Origin: a phage
Reading direction: 5' to 3' (one strand)
Sequence record: OZ346219.1
Length of the DNA: 64,000 nt
This document shows positions 43,477-53,718 of the stretch, one piece after another (the first letter of the stretch is position 1; each line of letters opens with the position of its first letter). Made by a program: the position numbers and the translations under genes. The notes below the pieces were generated by a model. That model saw only the letters and a program-made list of their open reading frames with translations, had not been told where the DNA came from and searched no databases.

Positions 43477-43484
43477 ATAATCAG

Positions 43485-43880
43485 TTACTTACTAAATTTC
43501 TTTTTGGCTTCGTCTACTGCATGAGATGCCAGCACCGCTGCCGCATGTGCACTTTTATCTGTGTTGCATAGAACACCCAGATAAACATCACGCCAAAGTT
43601 TAATCATCTCGTAGATCATATCAATATCATTTTCTTGTTTGTTGGCGATACTATTCGTCGTTATCTGGTAAGGCAACGGCTTGATCTGTACTGGTTCCGC
43701 CATCGGGCTAATCGGTTTAGGATCAGTCATAATAGGTGCTGTTGTTGGTGGTGTTTTCCATACGCCATTATTCCACGGTTTAATCGTTGTATCGTAAAGT
43801 TTATAAGGATTTTTGTCTGGGTCAACCATCCATGCATGATGAGTACCCAAACCATTTGAAGTAATGCGTCGTTCAGTCAT
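43485..43880 (-). CDS. hypothetical protein (131 aa)
   Basis: ORF downstream of gene 52. Confidence 0.4.
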   Translation of the reverse strand: MTERRITSNGLGTHHAWMVDPDKNPYKLYDTTIKPWNNGVWKTPPTTAPIMTDPKPISPMAEPVQIKPLPYQITTNSIANKQENDIDMIYEMIKLWRDVYLGVLCNTDKSAHAAAVLASHAVDEAKKKFSK

Positions 43881-44082
43881 ACTTTCCCTCCAAAAATTCT
43901 TTCATCAAATAGTCTATCGTTGCTCTGTGTTCTGGTGTGTTTGTTATCTCTGCTAACTTGTTCAGAGATTCAATAGTGATCCGGTTGGCTTCTTCCATAG
44001 TCTCAACGACCATCGGTACAATCTTTTTATTGTTGTACACGAAAGCCACATAACCGCCTTCTGGATATTCTTTCATAATCAA
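43873..44082 (-). CDS. hypothetical protein (69 aa)
   Basis: ORF overlapping gene 52 stop by 4 nt. Confidence 0.4.
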   Translation of the reverse strand: MIMKEYPEGGYVAFVYNNKKIVPMVVETMEEANRITIESLNKLAEITNTPEHRATIDYLMKEFLEGKYD

Positions 44083-45440
44083 CCCTTCTTAAGTTCTTTA
44101 AGATCTTTCTTATATTCCTTCATTGCGGTCGTCTTTGTCCAATACTCATATTCACTATGATGTTTATCGGCATCTTTGACCAGTCGATCATACTCTTCTT
44201 GAGTAACGCTATACAATGGCATAGAAACGAGCTTATCGGCATATGGGCGAAGTTTTTCATGTTCATTGATGGATTGCATTACCTCGGCCTTTTTCTTGCC
44301 CTGTAGCTCGATTTCGCCCTTAATTACGCGGTCTATAAATTCAGCTTTAGCCATTGCATAATTGTATGCTTCCAGTGTTTCCGCTTGCATCAATTCAATG
44401 CGTTTATCTACATAGCCTAATCGGATTTCGACGAATCGACGGATCAGATCGCTCGCTTTCTCGAATACTTCTACTAAACCACGTTCGTTAACTACTACGA
44501 TATTCTGGGCTACTAACTGCGTTAGTTTAAAATCCTTCATGATTTGCTCATGTCGAGCGGATTCATCTTCGCTTTTGAAATAATCGCGTTTCAGTGTTAC
44601 TTCAAATCTGAATCCGTCCTTAGAGCAACGGTCATTATACGATACAATCAGATCTTTTTCTTCCAGTGCATCCAGTACCGCTACATATTCTTCACGGTCG
44701 AACTTATAAGGAACTTCTGATATTGTCAGCTTAGTCTTGCCGTTTAGTTCATATGTACCCTCAAGAATCACACCATCGCGGTCATCACGAGGGATAACTT
44801 TACCCGTGAATTTCGGGAATTGAACACTAGGTTCTTTATCCAGTTTTCCGGCAAGTGCTAGCTCTGTGCATTCAATAAGGCTTTCCAGTGAATGCGGTAA
44901 AATGTCAGTTTTATACCCTGTAGCAATACCACTAATACCATTAGCCAATACCATTGGCACAACTGGCAAGTAGAACGCTGGCGGGATGTGTTCCAGATCT
45001 TCGTGCTTAGGTGCGCAATTCATATCTTTATAGATTTTAAAGAAGTTTTCATGCACACGAGCAAAGATATAACGTGCTGCACCTGCTTTCTGGACTAAAC
45101 GAGATCCGAAGTTACCTTGACCGTCAAGCAGTGGAGTATTATTGCTCCATGTATTCGCCATGAGTGATCCGGCTTCTACGGCATTAGTTTCCCCGTGGTG
45201 ATACCCCAACTCAGCAACACCAGATCCAATATCTGCCATCTTACGGAATTTCTTACGGTCGCCTTTACTCTTTTGAAGTGCGCACTCCATAACAAAGCGT
45301 TGTACTGGTTTAAGCCCATCTACCAATTGAGGAATCCCGCGTTCCTCGGCAGAATAGATCGCATATTCCTTAGCTTCATTATGTACAATGCTTTCAAGGC
45401 TGCGGTAAGTAACTGATTTATTCATCTTCACCTCATACAC
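44079..45440 (-). CDS. 52: DNA topoisomerase II medium subunit (GyrA-like)
   Basis: 453 aa; GyrA/ParC-like N-terminal region with active-site Tyr context; T4 position. Confidence 0.85.
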   Translation of the reverse strand: MYEVKMNKSVTYRSLESIVHNEAKEYAIYSAEERGIPQLVDGLKPVQRFVMECALQKSKGDRKKFRKMADIGSGVAELGYHHGETNAVEAGSLMANTWSNNTPLLDGQGNFGSRLVQKAGAARYIFARVHENFFKIYKDMNCAPKHEDLEHIPPAFYLPVVPMVLANGISGIATGYKTDILPHSLESLIECTELALAGKLDKEPSVQFPKFTGKVIPRDDRDGVILEGTYELNGKTKLTISEVPYKFDREEYVAVLDALEEKDLIVSYNDRCSKDGFRFEVTLKRDYFKSEDESARHEQIMKDFKLTQLVAQNIVVVNERGLVEVFEKASDLIRRFVEIRLGYVDKRIELMQAETLEAYNYAMAKAEFIDRVIKGEIELQGKKKAEVMQSINEHEKLRPYADKLVSMPLYSVTQEEYDRLVKDADKHHSEYEYWTKTTAMKEYKKDLKELKKG

Positions 45441-45795
45441 GCTTACAAATCACATTCTTTACTTTATCAGATTTATCCGCCCAATCCAATAGCCATTTTA
45501 ACGGAAGGATTGAAACAATAAACGGGGCAGCAATCAAAGCAAACATGATACACCTGATAATCAGGAAAACGCAAGTGACAAAACTAGCGATAGTGATCCC
45601 GACAAAACAAAATACCATAGAAAACAGAGTAATGATATAGAAAGGCCAGAATACCCACTCCCGCATCTTAACGCCTTTGTATTCTCTGAATTGCTTAAAA
45701 TCTACAAACAACTCTCGGATAGACGCGTACAGGACCGAAAAATCATCTTTCATTGCTCTGAATGAGCAATCTTCTATTTTAGAATGACCTAGCAT
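45433..45795 (-). CDS. integral membrane protein (120 aa)
   Basis: Two long hydrophobic segments (FWPFYIITLFSMVFCFVGITIASFVTCVFLII and FALIAAPFIVSILPL). Confidence 0.45.
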   Translation of the reverse strand: MLGHSKIEDCSFRAMKDDFSVLYASIRELFVDFKQFREYKGVKMREWVFWPFYIITLFSMVFCFVGITIASFVTCVFLIIRCIMFALIAAPFIVSILPLKWLLDWADKSDKVKNVICKRV

Positions 45796-45797
45796 TA

Positions 45798-46091
45798 TTA
45801 ACCGCCTTTCATCATTGATACTGGAATTGTTTTCTGATTTGTGTATAACTGGCCTACTTCAATTTTTTCTTGAATCACCACGACGTTACAATATCCACTG
45901 TCTTTAAGTTTTCTGATAATGTCTCGCTTTTGTTCGTCGGTGATAGGATTGACGGTTCTCACCAATTCACCGCAAATAATAGCACCATCTTTACAATTAC
46001 CAGTAACTTTCATGCTACGACCGTGAACAACAACCACATCACCGTAAATCACATTTTCGTCGTCGTATTTGGTAATAATCGTGACCGTCAT
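45798..46091 (-). CDS. hypothetical protein (97 aa)
   Basis: ORF between rIIB and gene 52. Confidence 0.4.
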   Translation of the reverse strand: MTVTIITKYDDENVIYGDVVVVHGRSMKVTGNCKDGAIICGELVRTVNPITDEQKRDIIRKLKDSGYCNVVVIQEKIEVGQLYTNQKTIPVSMMKGG

Positions 46092-46137
46092 AATGTTATT
46101 CCCTCTAAGAAAGGCCGCGCAAAGCGGCCTATGTTTA

Positions 46138-46470
46138 TTATTGTTCTACAGTATAGCCGTTGTTTTCAAGCCATGCAATAACAATCTTTTCGCCAATTTC
46201 ATCGAGCATTTCATCAGCGCCATATTCTTTAATGAAAGTCGATGGATCATTATTGCTTACTACGTGCTGGATCACAACATGTTCAGGAATTGCGTCTAGC
46301 AGTTCGCTATGATCATACTCATTAACGATATCTTCAACACTAACATTATTAACCAAATCAACATCATCCATAGTCACAGTAACGCGACCGGACGGACGCA
46401 ATGAATATTGGCTACTTTCAACTTCAACATGTGCACTTTCGCAAGTAACTTTCATATCAACCATAATCAA
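46138..46470 (-). CDS. hypothetical acidic protein (110 aa)
   Basis: ORF between rIIB and gene 52. Confidence 0.4.
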   Translation of the reverse strand: MIMVDMKVTCESAHVEVESSQYSLRPSGRVTVTMDDVDLVNNVSVEDIVNEYDHSELLDAIPEHVVIQHVVSNNDPSTFIKEYGADEMLDEIGEKIVIAWLENNGYTVEQ

Positions 46471-46478
46471 TTCCTCTG

Positions 46479-47480
46479 TTAGTAATGGCTAAAACCTTCG
46501 GTCACATCTTCAACCACATAGTAACGATGACAGCGCATTTTGGCATTCGCATAATCTTTCGGGATACTTACAACGTGACGCGGATCAACTTTGCATTTAA
46601 TGATTCGGCCTCGCCCACCGCCATAGTGCGGAATGTAGTGTTTCGCTGCAACGTGGAGGCCATTAGAGCAAGTGCGGTCATCATCTGGGTCCACGTCTTT
46701 ACGCTTCATTTTAACCGTGCGCCCTGGGCTATTATCAAACGTATGCGTAAAGAAATCTTTATAATCAACATCAACACGTTTCCATGCATAGAAACAACCG
46801 TCTTCCACGATCTCAATGTCGTTGTGCTCTAAGAAGTCAAACAGACGATCTACCGCCTTACGGCTAGGGTTTTTCTTGCACTTCTCAAAGAAGTTCAGAT
46901 AGTGCGTATATGGCTTATTCTCTTTAATCGACTCCACAACTCGACGAGTCAGATTATTATCAAGAACAATATTATGATAATACACAATACCATTTTCGAT
47001 ACGGAAAGCGCCGTGATAATATACTTCAACCGCTTTCTTAATGTCAATCAGCGTAATTGCTTTAATAAAATCATTCTTCTTAACTGCTTCCAGTGCTTCC
47101 TTAAAGTTAACATGTGATGGATCAGCAGTATAAACAATGTCACCACATGTAATAGTAATAAACTTAGTTGAGGCTATGGCTACGATTTTTGAGGAAGTAG
47201 TCACGGGCTTTTTTGCGCGTTCACCGCCTTTTCCTTTACTGGTTTTACGGCGTGCTTTACGTTTTTCTAGTGCCTTGCGACCTTCCGCTACTGCGTCTTT
47301 CTGAATCAGTAATACACGGGAGGCAGTGCGACGAGATACACCAAATGCTGCCGCAAGTGCTTCGCGGGTAGTAAACTTACCTTCTCCCCACTGTTTAGCC
47401 AGTTTGATTTGTTTCGCAGAATCCAGACATTGAACGTTACGGTCAGAGACGGTGATTTTTGCTTTAGTCATAGTATTCAT
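46479..47480 (-). CDS. rIIB: rIIB-like membrane-associated protein
   Basis: 333 aa; N-terminal helix-turn-helix-like segment; directly downstream of rIIA as in T4. Confidence 0.6.
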   Translation of the reverse strand: MNTMTKAKITVSDRNVQCLDSAKQIKLAKQWGEGKFTTREALAAAFGVSRRTASRVLLIQKDAVAEGRKALEKRKARRKTSKGKGGERAKKPVTTSSKIVAIASTKFITITCGDIVYTADPSHVNFKEALEAVKKNDFIKAITLIDIKKAVEVYYHGAFRIENGIVYYHNIVLDNNLTRRVVESIKENKPYTHYLNFFEKCKKNPSRKAVDRLFDFLEHNDIEIVEDGCFYAWKRVDVDYKDFFTHTFDNSPGRTVKMKRKDVDPDDDRTCSNGLHVAAKHYIPHYGGGRGRIIKCKVDPRHVVSIPKDYANAKMRCHRYYVVEDVTEGFSHY

Positions 47481-47532
47481 TCCTCTAATAGTGGGCGACT
47501 CTCGCCGCCCGATTCACATCATTATACCAGAA

Positions 47533-47664
47533 TTATTTTGCTTCTACAACCTTGCGGATTGTGCGGTCTGATACATTATAGATTCGTGCCAGTTCGCCTT
47601 TAGTCAAGCCGCGAGCGTATTGTTTACGGATGGTTTCTTTCTGGATAGCGGTCAGTTTAGTCAT
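47533..47664 (-). CDS. small helix-turn-helix protein (43 aa)
   Basis: Hand translation MTKLTAIQKETIRKQYARGLTKGELARIYNVSDRTIRKVVEAK; in the rIIA-rIIB gap. Confidence 0.3.
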   Translation of the reverse strand: MTKLTAIQKETIRKQYARGLTKGELARIYNVSDRTIRKVVEAK

Positions 47665-47675
47665 AATATCACCTC

Positions 47676-49784
47676 TTAAAATTTAACATTCTTAACCAGT
47701 TTCATAAAGTCTTGTGCGCGTTTGTCATTATGCAGAATACGATACCAGTTATCGACAATATCATACAGTAACGGGCTATTCTCTTTAAACTTCGCACAAA
47801 CTGCTTTAATTCGTTCGTTTGCTGCCGTGAATTTTTCATCACAGATCTTTTTAGTTTCTTCGTCCATAATCCAACGAGTACGAAGGAGTAACTTGGAAAC
47901 CTCTTTATTATAATGACGACCGTACAGTCTGTCAATAAATTCTGGAACACAGCGTTCTAGTTCATCGTCATGAAACAACATAGTGATCACACCCAGATAT
48001 TCGCCATACCCCAGATGATTGGTCTTAACCTTCTTAGCCAGACCAGCCAGCTTACCGCGAACAAATTCTAGCGCACATTCCAATTGTTCGTCAACGAGAT
48101 ATTTTTGTGTCTCATTACGGGTAATAATATACTTTGTTACCCCGAAGTAGTCAAGCGCCGTGTGTAATGTATTTTCATTATAGATCGATTGACGGCTACG
48201 GCTTTCGAATGCATCACCCACGCGGAACATGTGCAAGCCTGATAACTCGCGAATCTCTGCCGCTTTCATGTGATGGCTGGTTTTATGCCAACTGTCACCA
48301 ATCTTTTCCATGATATACACGTTAGGCAGCTTGGGAGTAGCTTCACGTTGTGTACGCTCGGTCTTTTCCGGTTTAACTGCTTTGGCACGCAGATCATCTG
48401 CCTCGGATACCTTAATCACGGTCATTTCAGATTCATCATAATACTGTTTGATGTACTCGAAAGTCTCCATATGTTTTTCGTTGCGCTGACGGAACACCAA
48501 TACCTTTTTATTGATTCCGTATTCCTGGACCATGCCGTTAAGAGTCAGTGCACGCAGTTTCGGTTTATCGGTATCATCAATAAGACACGTAATATCTTCT
48601 TTATGCATCCATACAAAATGCGTAATGTTGTATTGACTGCTAACGAAAGCAGGGCGCAATTTACTGATTGTGTGACGAGTACGATACAGAGTATACACCT
48701 GACCTTCTACGTCATTTGGCGAATCTTTACCCGCATTCACAAACTTATTATAGATTGCTACCGGATCATCCCACTGCCCGATCTTACCCATCTTGCTAAT
48801 AATATTGCGTTGAGTCGATGAATACTCGCTCATAAATTGCGCAAGTTTACGCTCTGTTTTAATGTTGGCGATCTTCTCTTTAACCTTTTCCAACATCATT
48901 TCATTGATTTCTGCAATGCGTTTTTCGATGTTCGCTTTAGTCTCAATTGACAAGTGAACTTCTTCACGCGATGGCATCAGGTCCAGATCACCCAACTCAA
49001 AATTAATGTAAATTGTCTGGTGCTGGCGGTTTACAGCTTCTAACCATGTTCCGCGAACATATTCATACGGGATCGGATACTGGATCTTACCCATGATTGC
49101 ATATACTACATAGGAATCGTTATCGCGCCCATTACACACATAATAATTATCAAAGCTAGGAAAATAATTAATTTCGATTGCGTTGATATTCGGTTTGTGT
49201 TCCCCAAAATGACGCAGTACAAATTGTGCTTCTCGATGCCATGTCTGAATGTCTTTTTCTTTCACCGGAATAGTGATTTTCAGACCATTGTCTTCATAGG
49301 TCGGTTCGTCGAAAATCTGCACCATTTTCGGCATAGAGTTTTGCACAAATGCAGTAAAGCCATAAGCGCGACCATTGTAGTAGTTTACGATTGTAAAGGT
49401 GTCAGTATAGCTATAAGCAGACTTCGCACCTAAACCAAAAGATCCGATATAATCATTAGTCTGGTCTTTTGTTGATTCAAAGTAAACCGTAAACAGTTGT
49501 TCTAATTCTTTCTTAGACGGAATACCCGTACCATAATCACGCACAGAAAAATACGGTTCGATTGCAGTCGGTAAATGAATATCAAACGGACGATCTAAGG
49601 TTCCGGCTTCTTTGTGAGTGTCGGTAGCATTGCACGAATACTCACGGACGCAAGCACGCTCACAATATTGATAAGTGTTCTTAGAAAGCACCATAAAAGC
49701 CTTGCTACTTGCTTTCAGTGAAAAATCAACCGCACCGCTCAAGTCACTGCCAAATACTTCTTCATTATCAATATGCATTTTCAT
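47676..49784 (-). CDS. rIIA: rIIA-like protein with GHKL-type ATPase-like N-terminus
   Basis: 702 aa; DYGTGIP and GSFGLGAKSAY motifs; between gene 39 and rIIB. Confidence 0.65.
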   Translation of the reverse strand: MKMHIDNEEVFGSDLSGAVDFSLKASSKAFMVLSKNTYQYCERACVREYSCNATDTHKEAGTLDRPFDIHLPTAIEPYFSVRDYGTGIPSKKELEQLFTVYFESTKDQTNDYIGSFGLGAKSAYSYTDTFTIVNYYNGRAYGFTAFVQNSMPKMVQIFDEPTYEDNGLKITIPVKEKDIQTWHREAQFVLRHFGEHKPNINAIEINYFPSFDNYYVCNGRDNDSYVVYAIMGKIQYPIPYEYVRGTWLEAVNRQHQTIYINFELGDLDLMPSREEVHLSIETKANIEKRIAEINEMMLEKVKEKIANIKTERKLAQFMSEYSSTQRNIISKMGKIGQWDDPVAIYNKFVNAGKDSPNDVEGQVYTLYRTRHTISKLRPAFVSSQYNITHFVWMHKEDITCLIDDTDKPKLRALTLNGMVQEYGINKKVLVFRQRNEKHMETFEYIKQYYDESEMTVIKVSEADDLRAKAVKPEKTERTQREATPKLPNVYIMEKIGDSWHKTSHHMKAAEIRELSGLHMFRVGDAFESRSRQSIYNENTLHTALDYFGVTKYIITRNETQKYLVDEQLECALEFVRGKLAGLAKKVKTNHLGYGEYLGVITMLFHDDELERCVPEFIDRLYGRHYNKEVSKLLLRTRWIMDEETKKICDEKFTAANERIKAVCAKFKENSPLLYDIVDNWYRILHNDKRAQDFMKLVKNVKF

Positions 49785-49798
49785 AATATAATCCTCAC

Positions 49799-50056
49799 TT
49801 AATTAAAATCTTCTTTGTCCATCTCTGCGTAAATTACATCCCACGCCCATAAATCAATAAACGCATTATATGTCACGGTGCAATCGTTGTCAATCACTTC
49901 TTTCGCATATTTCTTGATGTTTTCGTAGGAAACTTGCGGATCAATTTTGTGTTTACGAAGATGCGCATATTCATACCTCAAACACTCCATAAACAGGTCC
50001 ATCGATTTCTTTTCTCGATGACACTTGGCGATCAGAAAATCAAAACTTCGACTCAT
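49799..50056 (-). CDS. hypothetical protein (85 aa)
   Basis: ORF between gene 39 and rIIA. Confidence 0.4.
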   Translation of the reverse strand: MSRSFDFLIAKCHREKKSMDLFMECLRYEYAHLRKHKIDPQVSYENIKKYAKEVIDNDCTVTYNAFIDLWAWDVIYAEMDKEDFN

Positions 50057-50066
50057 TTTCTACTCC

Positions 50067-50261
50067 TTATACATTTTCAATCACCCATTGCAGATGGGCT
50101 TCTGCGTCAACCAGTTCAGCGCGGCTTTTCTCTAAGCACTTGCTGTATTCTTTACGTTCCCAATCAGCAATTTCGTTTTTCAGGACTTCTTCATAGTAAG
50201 CAATTACGCCTTTCAGGTCTGAAACTTTACGGCTTGCCAGTTCGATGTAATGGTTACGCAT
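50067..50261 (-). CDS. hypothetical protein (64 aa)
   Basis: ORF between gene 39 and rIIA. Confidence 0.35.
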   Translation of the reverse strand: MRNHYIELASRKVSDLKGVIAYYEEVLKNEIADWERKEYSKCLEKSRAELVDAEAHLQWVIENV

Positions 50262-50457
50262 TTTGATTCTCCTTTGTTACTAGATAACGAATTTGGTCTT
50301 GCATTGCAATCAGTTCCCAGCGTGCTACTTTCATCATGGAAACTGCCTCTTTGAACATAATATTAGCCTTTTCCTTCTCTCCTGTCAAGTAGATTTCTGC
50401 AATTTTTTCACAAAATTTTTGAGTTTCTTCATTCTTAAACGGTTTCATATAAGTCAA
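50254..50457 (-). CDS. hypothetical protein (67 aa)
   Basis: ORF behind promoter cassette 50479-50507. Confidence 0.35.
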   Translation of the reverse strand: MTYMKPFKNEETQKFCEKIAEIYLTGEKEKANIMFKEAVSMMKVARWELIAMQDQIRYLVTKENQNA

Positions 50458-50478
50458 CCTTTTGTTTTCGATGGGGAT

Positions 50479-50507
50479 ATTATTCTATATCCCCTATCTG
50501 GTGTCAA
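50479..50507 (-). promoter_or_regulatory. early-type promoter cassette with palindrome across the -10
   Basis: TTGACA, 17 bp, AATAAT; GGGGATATagaatAATATCCCC. Confidence 0.5.
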
Positions 50508-50514
50508 CAGATTT

Positions 50515-50895
50515 TTAATCTTTTTTCAGGGCATCCATTACTCGCTCTGCGATCAGTTCTCGTAAGCACTGATAGCCATGATATTTGATGGCAATGTCAC
50601 GCAGATCATTAACCAATTCCCGTACTTCATGGTCTTTCAAATCGTCTCTGTATTTCGATTTAACCGTGTCTTTAGGTGGATTGTGGATAACCTGAAAACC
50701 TTGTTCTGCAATCACTGCGGCTTCGCGCTGGCGTTCATGCTGTACTGTATTTTTGATCAGGTCTGCTTCCATGAACTTTGCCATACTCATCATCATGTTA
50801 TTCTTTTTGCTCATTATTAAATCCTCATAAAAGAAAAGGGAGACTCCCATTATAGAGAATCTCCCTTGTATGTCAAGTGTTATGATTGCATCCAA
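50515..50895 (-). CDS. hypothetical protein (126 aa)
   Basis: ORF overlapping gene 39 stop. Confidence 0.4.
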   Translation of the reverse strand: MDAIITLDIQGRFSIMGVSLFFYEDLIMSKKNNMMMSMAKFMEADLIKNTVQHERQREAAVIAEQGFQVIHNPPKDTVKSKYRDDLKDHEVRELVNDLRDIAIKYHGYQCLRELIAERVMDALKKD

Positions 50896-52703
50896 ATTTT
50901 GCGCTGATCTGCATCTTCACTATAGAGCAAATCGAATAGCTCTTTATAGTTTTCCGGTAACGTGATGATCTCCATTACAGGATCGTTGATCACGCGATGA
51001 TAGTCTGATTCTGTGAGCGATGCTAAACCTTTGATATATCGAATATTATAACCTTTGATATTATCTCGATCGTTCTCGAAATCTTCTAGGTCATAATACC
51101 ATCGAACATCATCACCTTTCTTTGGTTCAGCAATGATAATAGGTGTTTTGATAAACCGGATTCGTCCATCTTCGAACAATTCAGGCCAACGTGCAAAGAA
51201 AGAGATCAGACTAGGCTTAATAGACCCGATCCCGTCGGTATCAGCGTCTGTCATAATCGCAATATTTTTGTATTGCATAACTTCCAATGCATCAACACCA
51301 AATTGCAAACCAGTGATCGCCATGATGTTAAAAATTTCGGCGTTCTTAACGATCTTTGCCTCTGGTTGCTCCCACGTTGTAAGAGTTTTACCTCGCAACG
51401 GGAAACCGCCATGTAAATCTTGATCACGTACAGAGATCAGATAGTTGATTGCGGAATCACCTTCCGTCAAAAACAGGGTAGTTTCTGCGTCAGTTCCAAT
51501 AAGGTTAGCTTTAACGTGCTTTGCTACCTTAGCCCGTTTTGCTGCCTTTGCTGCCTTAGTCGCTGCCGCTTTATCTGCTGCCTCTTTGCGTGCCAGGACG
51601 ACAGCAATAATAGGCATGATAATGTTTTCTTTCTTCGCAATGACTTTAGCCAGTTTTTTAAAATCCAGATCAATGTGTCGCTTGATATCACCAGTTGGGT
51701 TAGTCAAGCGTTCTTTTGTCTGTGAATCAAAACGAAGGTTAGGCAATTCACGAACAATAAGAATACAGGTCAATCCAGATTTAACCGCAGCTTTAGTAAC
51801 ATCAACCTTATATTCTTTCTTGATTCGTTTTACAATCTCTTCACAAAGATCATCTGTCACATAATCAACGTGTGTTCCCCCGTTTTTGGTAAACAGACCG
51901 TTAGCAAAGGATACTGATTTAAAACCTTCTCCCTCGACCGCCGGAACTAGGGCAAGTGAAAAGTTTTTATCTTCAATGACAAACGGATCATCATTGTATA
52001 GTTTAGCATAATCCTTGAACTTACTAACAATACGTTTACCATTAAACTTAAACGTGATCTTAGGAAATATTACGCTCAATGATTGCAGACGATCATGAAC
52101 AATATCTAAAACAGAGTTGTCCATCATATAACCTTCGAAGTGGTCGAAGTCTGGGCAAAATGTAACCTTTGTTCCCTTCAATTTTGATGGTTTTGATGAC
52201 CATGTGATATTTTCAGCACCGTTTGTGCATTGAACGGTCATTTCTGTTTCGCCGTCACAGGTCACACCAGTAAACCAATCGCTAAAGAAATTTGATAACG
52301 ACGACCCAACACCGTTCATCCCTTGCGTTAATCGATTGGTATCATCAAAGTTAGACCCTGCTTTTGTTCGTGTCCATGCGGCTACAGGTTGCGGAATCTG
52401 CGTGCCCTCTGGGGTAGTAACCATATGTTGAGGAATACCGCGACCATTGTCTGTTACCGTAACAATATTGTTTTGGATATCGACGCTAATCACATTGGCA
52501 AATTCAAAATTAGTGCGGATCGCCTCGTCTACAGAGTTGTCGATGATCTCATCAATGATTTTCACCAGTCCAGGAACATATGAAATTTTTGTCCATTTAC
52601 CGAACAGGAAACGTTGATGTTCTTCGTAAGTTGTTGATCCTATATACATTCCTGCACGCTTAAGGACATGCTCACGATCAGATAAAATGCGAAACTCACT
52701 CAT
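50880..52703 (-). CDS. 39: DNA topoisomerase II large subunit (GyrB-like ATPase), uninterrupted
   Basis: 607 aa; N-terminal ILSDREHVLKRAGMYIGS, ATPase and TOPRIM regions in one ORF. Confidence 0.9.
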   Translation of the reverse strand: MSEFRILSDREHVLKRAGMYIGSTTYEEHQRFLFGKWTKISYVPGLVKIIDEIIDNSVDEAIRTNFEFANVISVDIQNNIVTVTDNGRGIPQHMVTTPEGTQIPQPVAAWTRTKAGSNFDDTNRLTQGMNGVGSSLSNFFSDWFTGVTCDGETEMTVQCTNGAENITWSSKPSKLKGTKVTFCPDFDHFEGYMMDNSVLDIVHDRLQSLSVIFPKITFKFNGKRIVSKFKDYAKLYNDDPFVIEDKNFSLALVPAVEGEGFKSVSFANGLFTKNGGTHVDYVTDDLCEEIVKRIKKEYKVDVTKAAVKSGLTCILIVRELPNLRFDSQTKERLTNPTGDIKRHIDLDFKKLAKVIAKKENIIMPIIAVVLARKEAADKAAATKAAKAAKRAKVAKHVKANLIGTDAETTLFLTEGDSAINYLISVRDQDLHGGFPLRGKTLTTWEQPEAKIVKNAEIFNIMAITGLQFGVDALEVMQYKNIAIMTDADTDGIGSIKPSLISFFARWPELFEDGRIRFIKTPIIIAEPKKGDDVRWYYDLEDFENDRDNIKGYNIRYIKGLASLTESDYHRVINDPVMEIITLPENYKELFDLLYSEDADQRKIWMQS

Positions 52704-52802
52704 TATTAAACCTCTTCATAACATAACCATAACTTACTGCAACCGCCACAAAGACGGCTGCAACAATCATATTAAAAATTGAGTGATTGTCAAGTATATG
52801 AC

Positions 52803-52976
52803 TCATGACACGCGCACATTTTTATCATAGTACCCGCCATTAATACCGCGCGGGGCAGTTAATCCCTGTTTGCATTCTTTACCACATTCAGGGCATTCTG
52901 CCTTTTCACGTTCGGAAATTTTGCGGATTTTCTGAAATTGACCGTGTTCTTCACAAGAATAATCATATAATGGCAT
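52803..52976 (-). CDS. small zinc-ribbon protein (about 57 aa)
   Basis: Start trimmed to MPLYDYSCEEHGQF...CPECG (two CxxC pairs). Confidence 0.4.
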   Translation of the reverse strand: MPLYDYSCEEHGQFQKIRKISEREKAECPECGKECKQGLTAPRGINGGYYDKNVRVS

Positions 52977-52977
52977 A

Positions 52978-53718
52978 TTATCCCCTTTGTTTCTTAACTG
53001 AATTTGGATCTGGATTTTCTGGCAAGTCTTCCAGACCCATAGCATAACGTTGTGCATAGATTAGCATAAGAATATCGCGAGCGCAATCATGAATTGCGTC
53101 ATGCGCGATAAATCCGTCTAGCGTACCCATTGGTAACGGGCATTCACACATACCACGATGCATCAATGTACGCTCAATGGCGGTGCGAACATCTCGGATA
53201 TTCCAGAATCGCACAGGTTCAAGGCTGAACGTCTCTCGTGTATTGTGTGCACGGCGGATCATATCAACTAGTAACGGAATATCAAACGCATTACCGCGTG
53301 ACCACATTACGGATTTAACCGGATCTACTCCTACGGCTTCACAGAATGCGTTAAAACGCGCTAAACCTTCTTTAGTTGATACTTCCGTACCATTTGTGAT
53401 TAATTGCTTTCTCATGCCTTCTGAGGTGGTATTCTTCCACCATTCAACCACACCATGATCAAACACCCTTACACCTTTCTGGGAAGGAATATCAAATTTT
53501 ACCAGAAAGGAATTGTCAACCAGTTCTTTAAATGTAGGTGGATTGTGCGGATCTTCTTTAAATCCGATTGCCGCCATATTGATAACCGCCCCATCAGGCG
53601 GATAACCTAAACTTTCAAAGTCAATCATTAAATCCACTGGAAGCATTTTAAATATCCTCCGCGATATGCCGGAACAACTCCAGATCGTTTTTATCCAGAA
53701 TGAAACCGCTACAATCAA
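52978..53718 (-). CDS. dexA: exonuclease A
   Basis: 246 aa; FWNIRDVRT and TLDGFIAHDAIHDCARDILMLIYAQRYAMGLED match T4 DexA. Confidence 0.8.
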   Translation of the reverse strand: MIVAVSFWIKTIWSCSGISRRIFKMLPVDLMIDFESLGYPPDGAVINMAAIGFKEDPHNPPTFKELVDNSFLVKFDIPSQKGVRVFDHGVVEWWKNTTSEGMRKQLITNGTEVSTKEGLARFNAFCEAVGVDPVKSVMWSRGNAFDIPLLVDMIRRAHNTRETFSLEPVRFWNIRDVRTAIERTLMHRGMCECPLPMGTLDGFIAHDAIHDCARDILMLIYAQRYAMGLEDLPENPDPNSVKKQRG

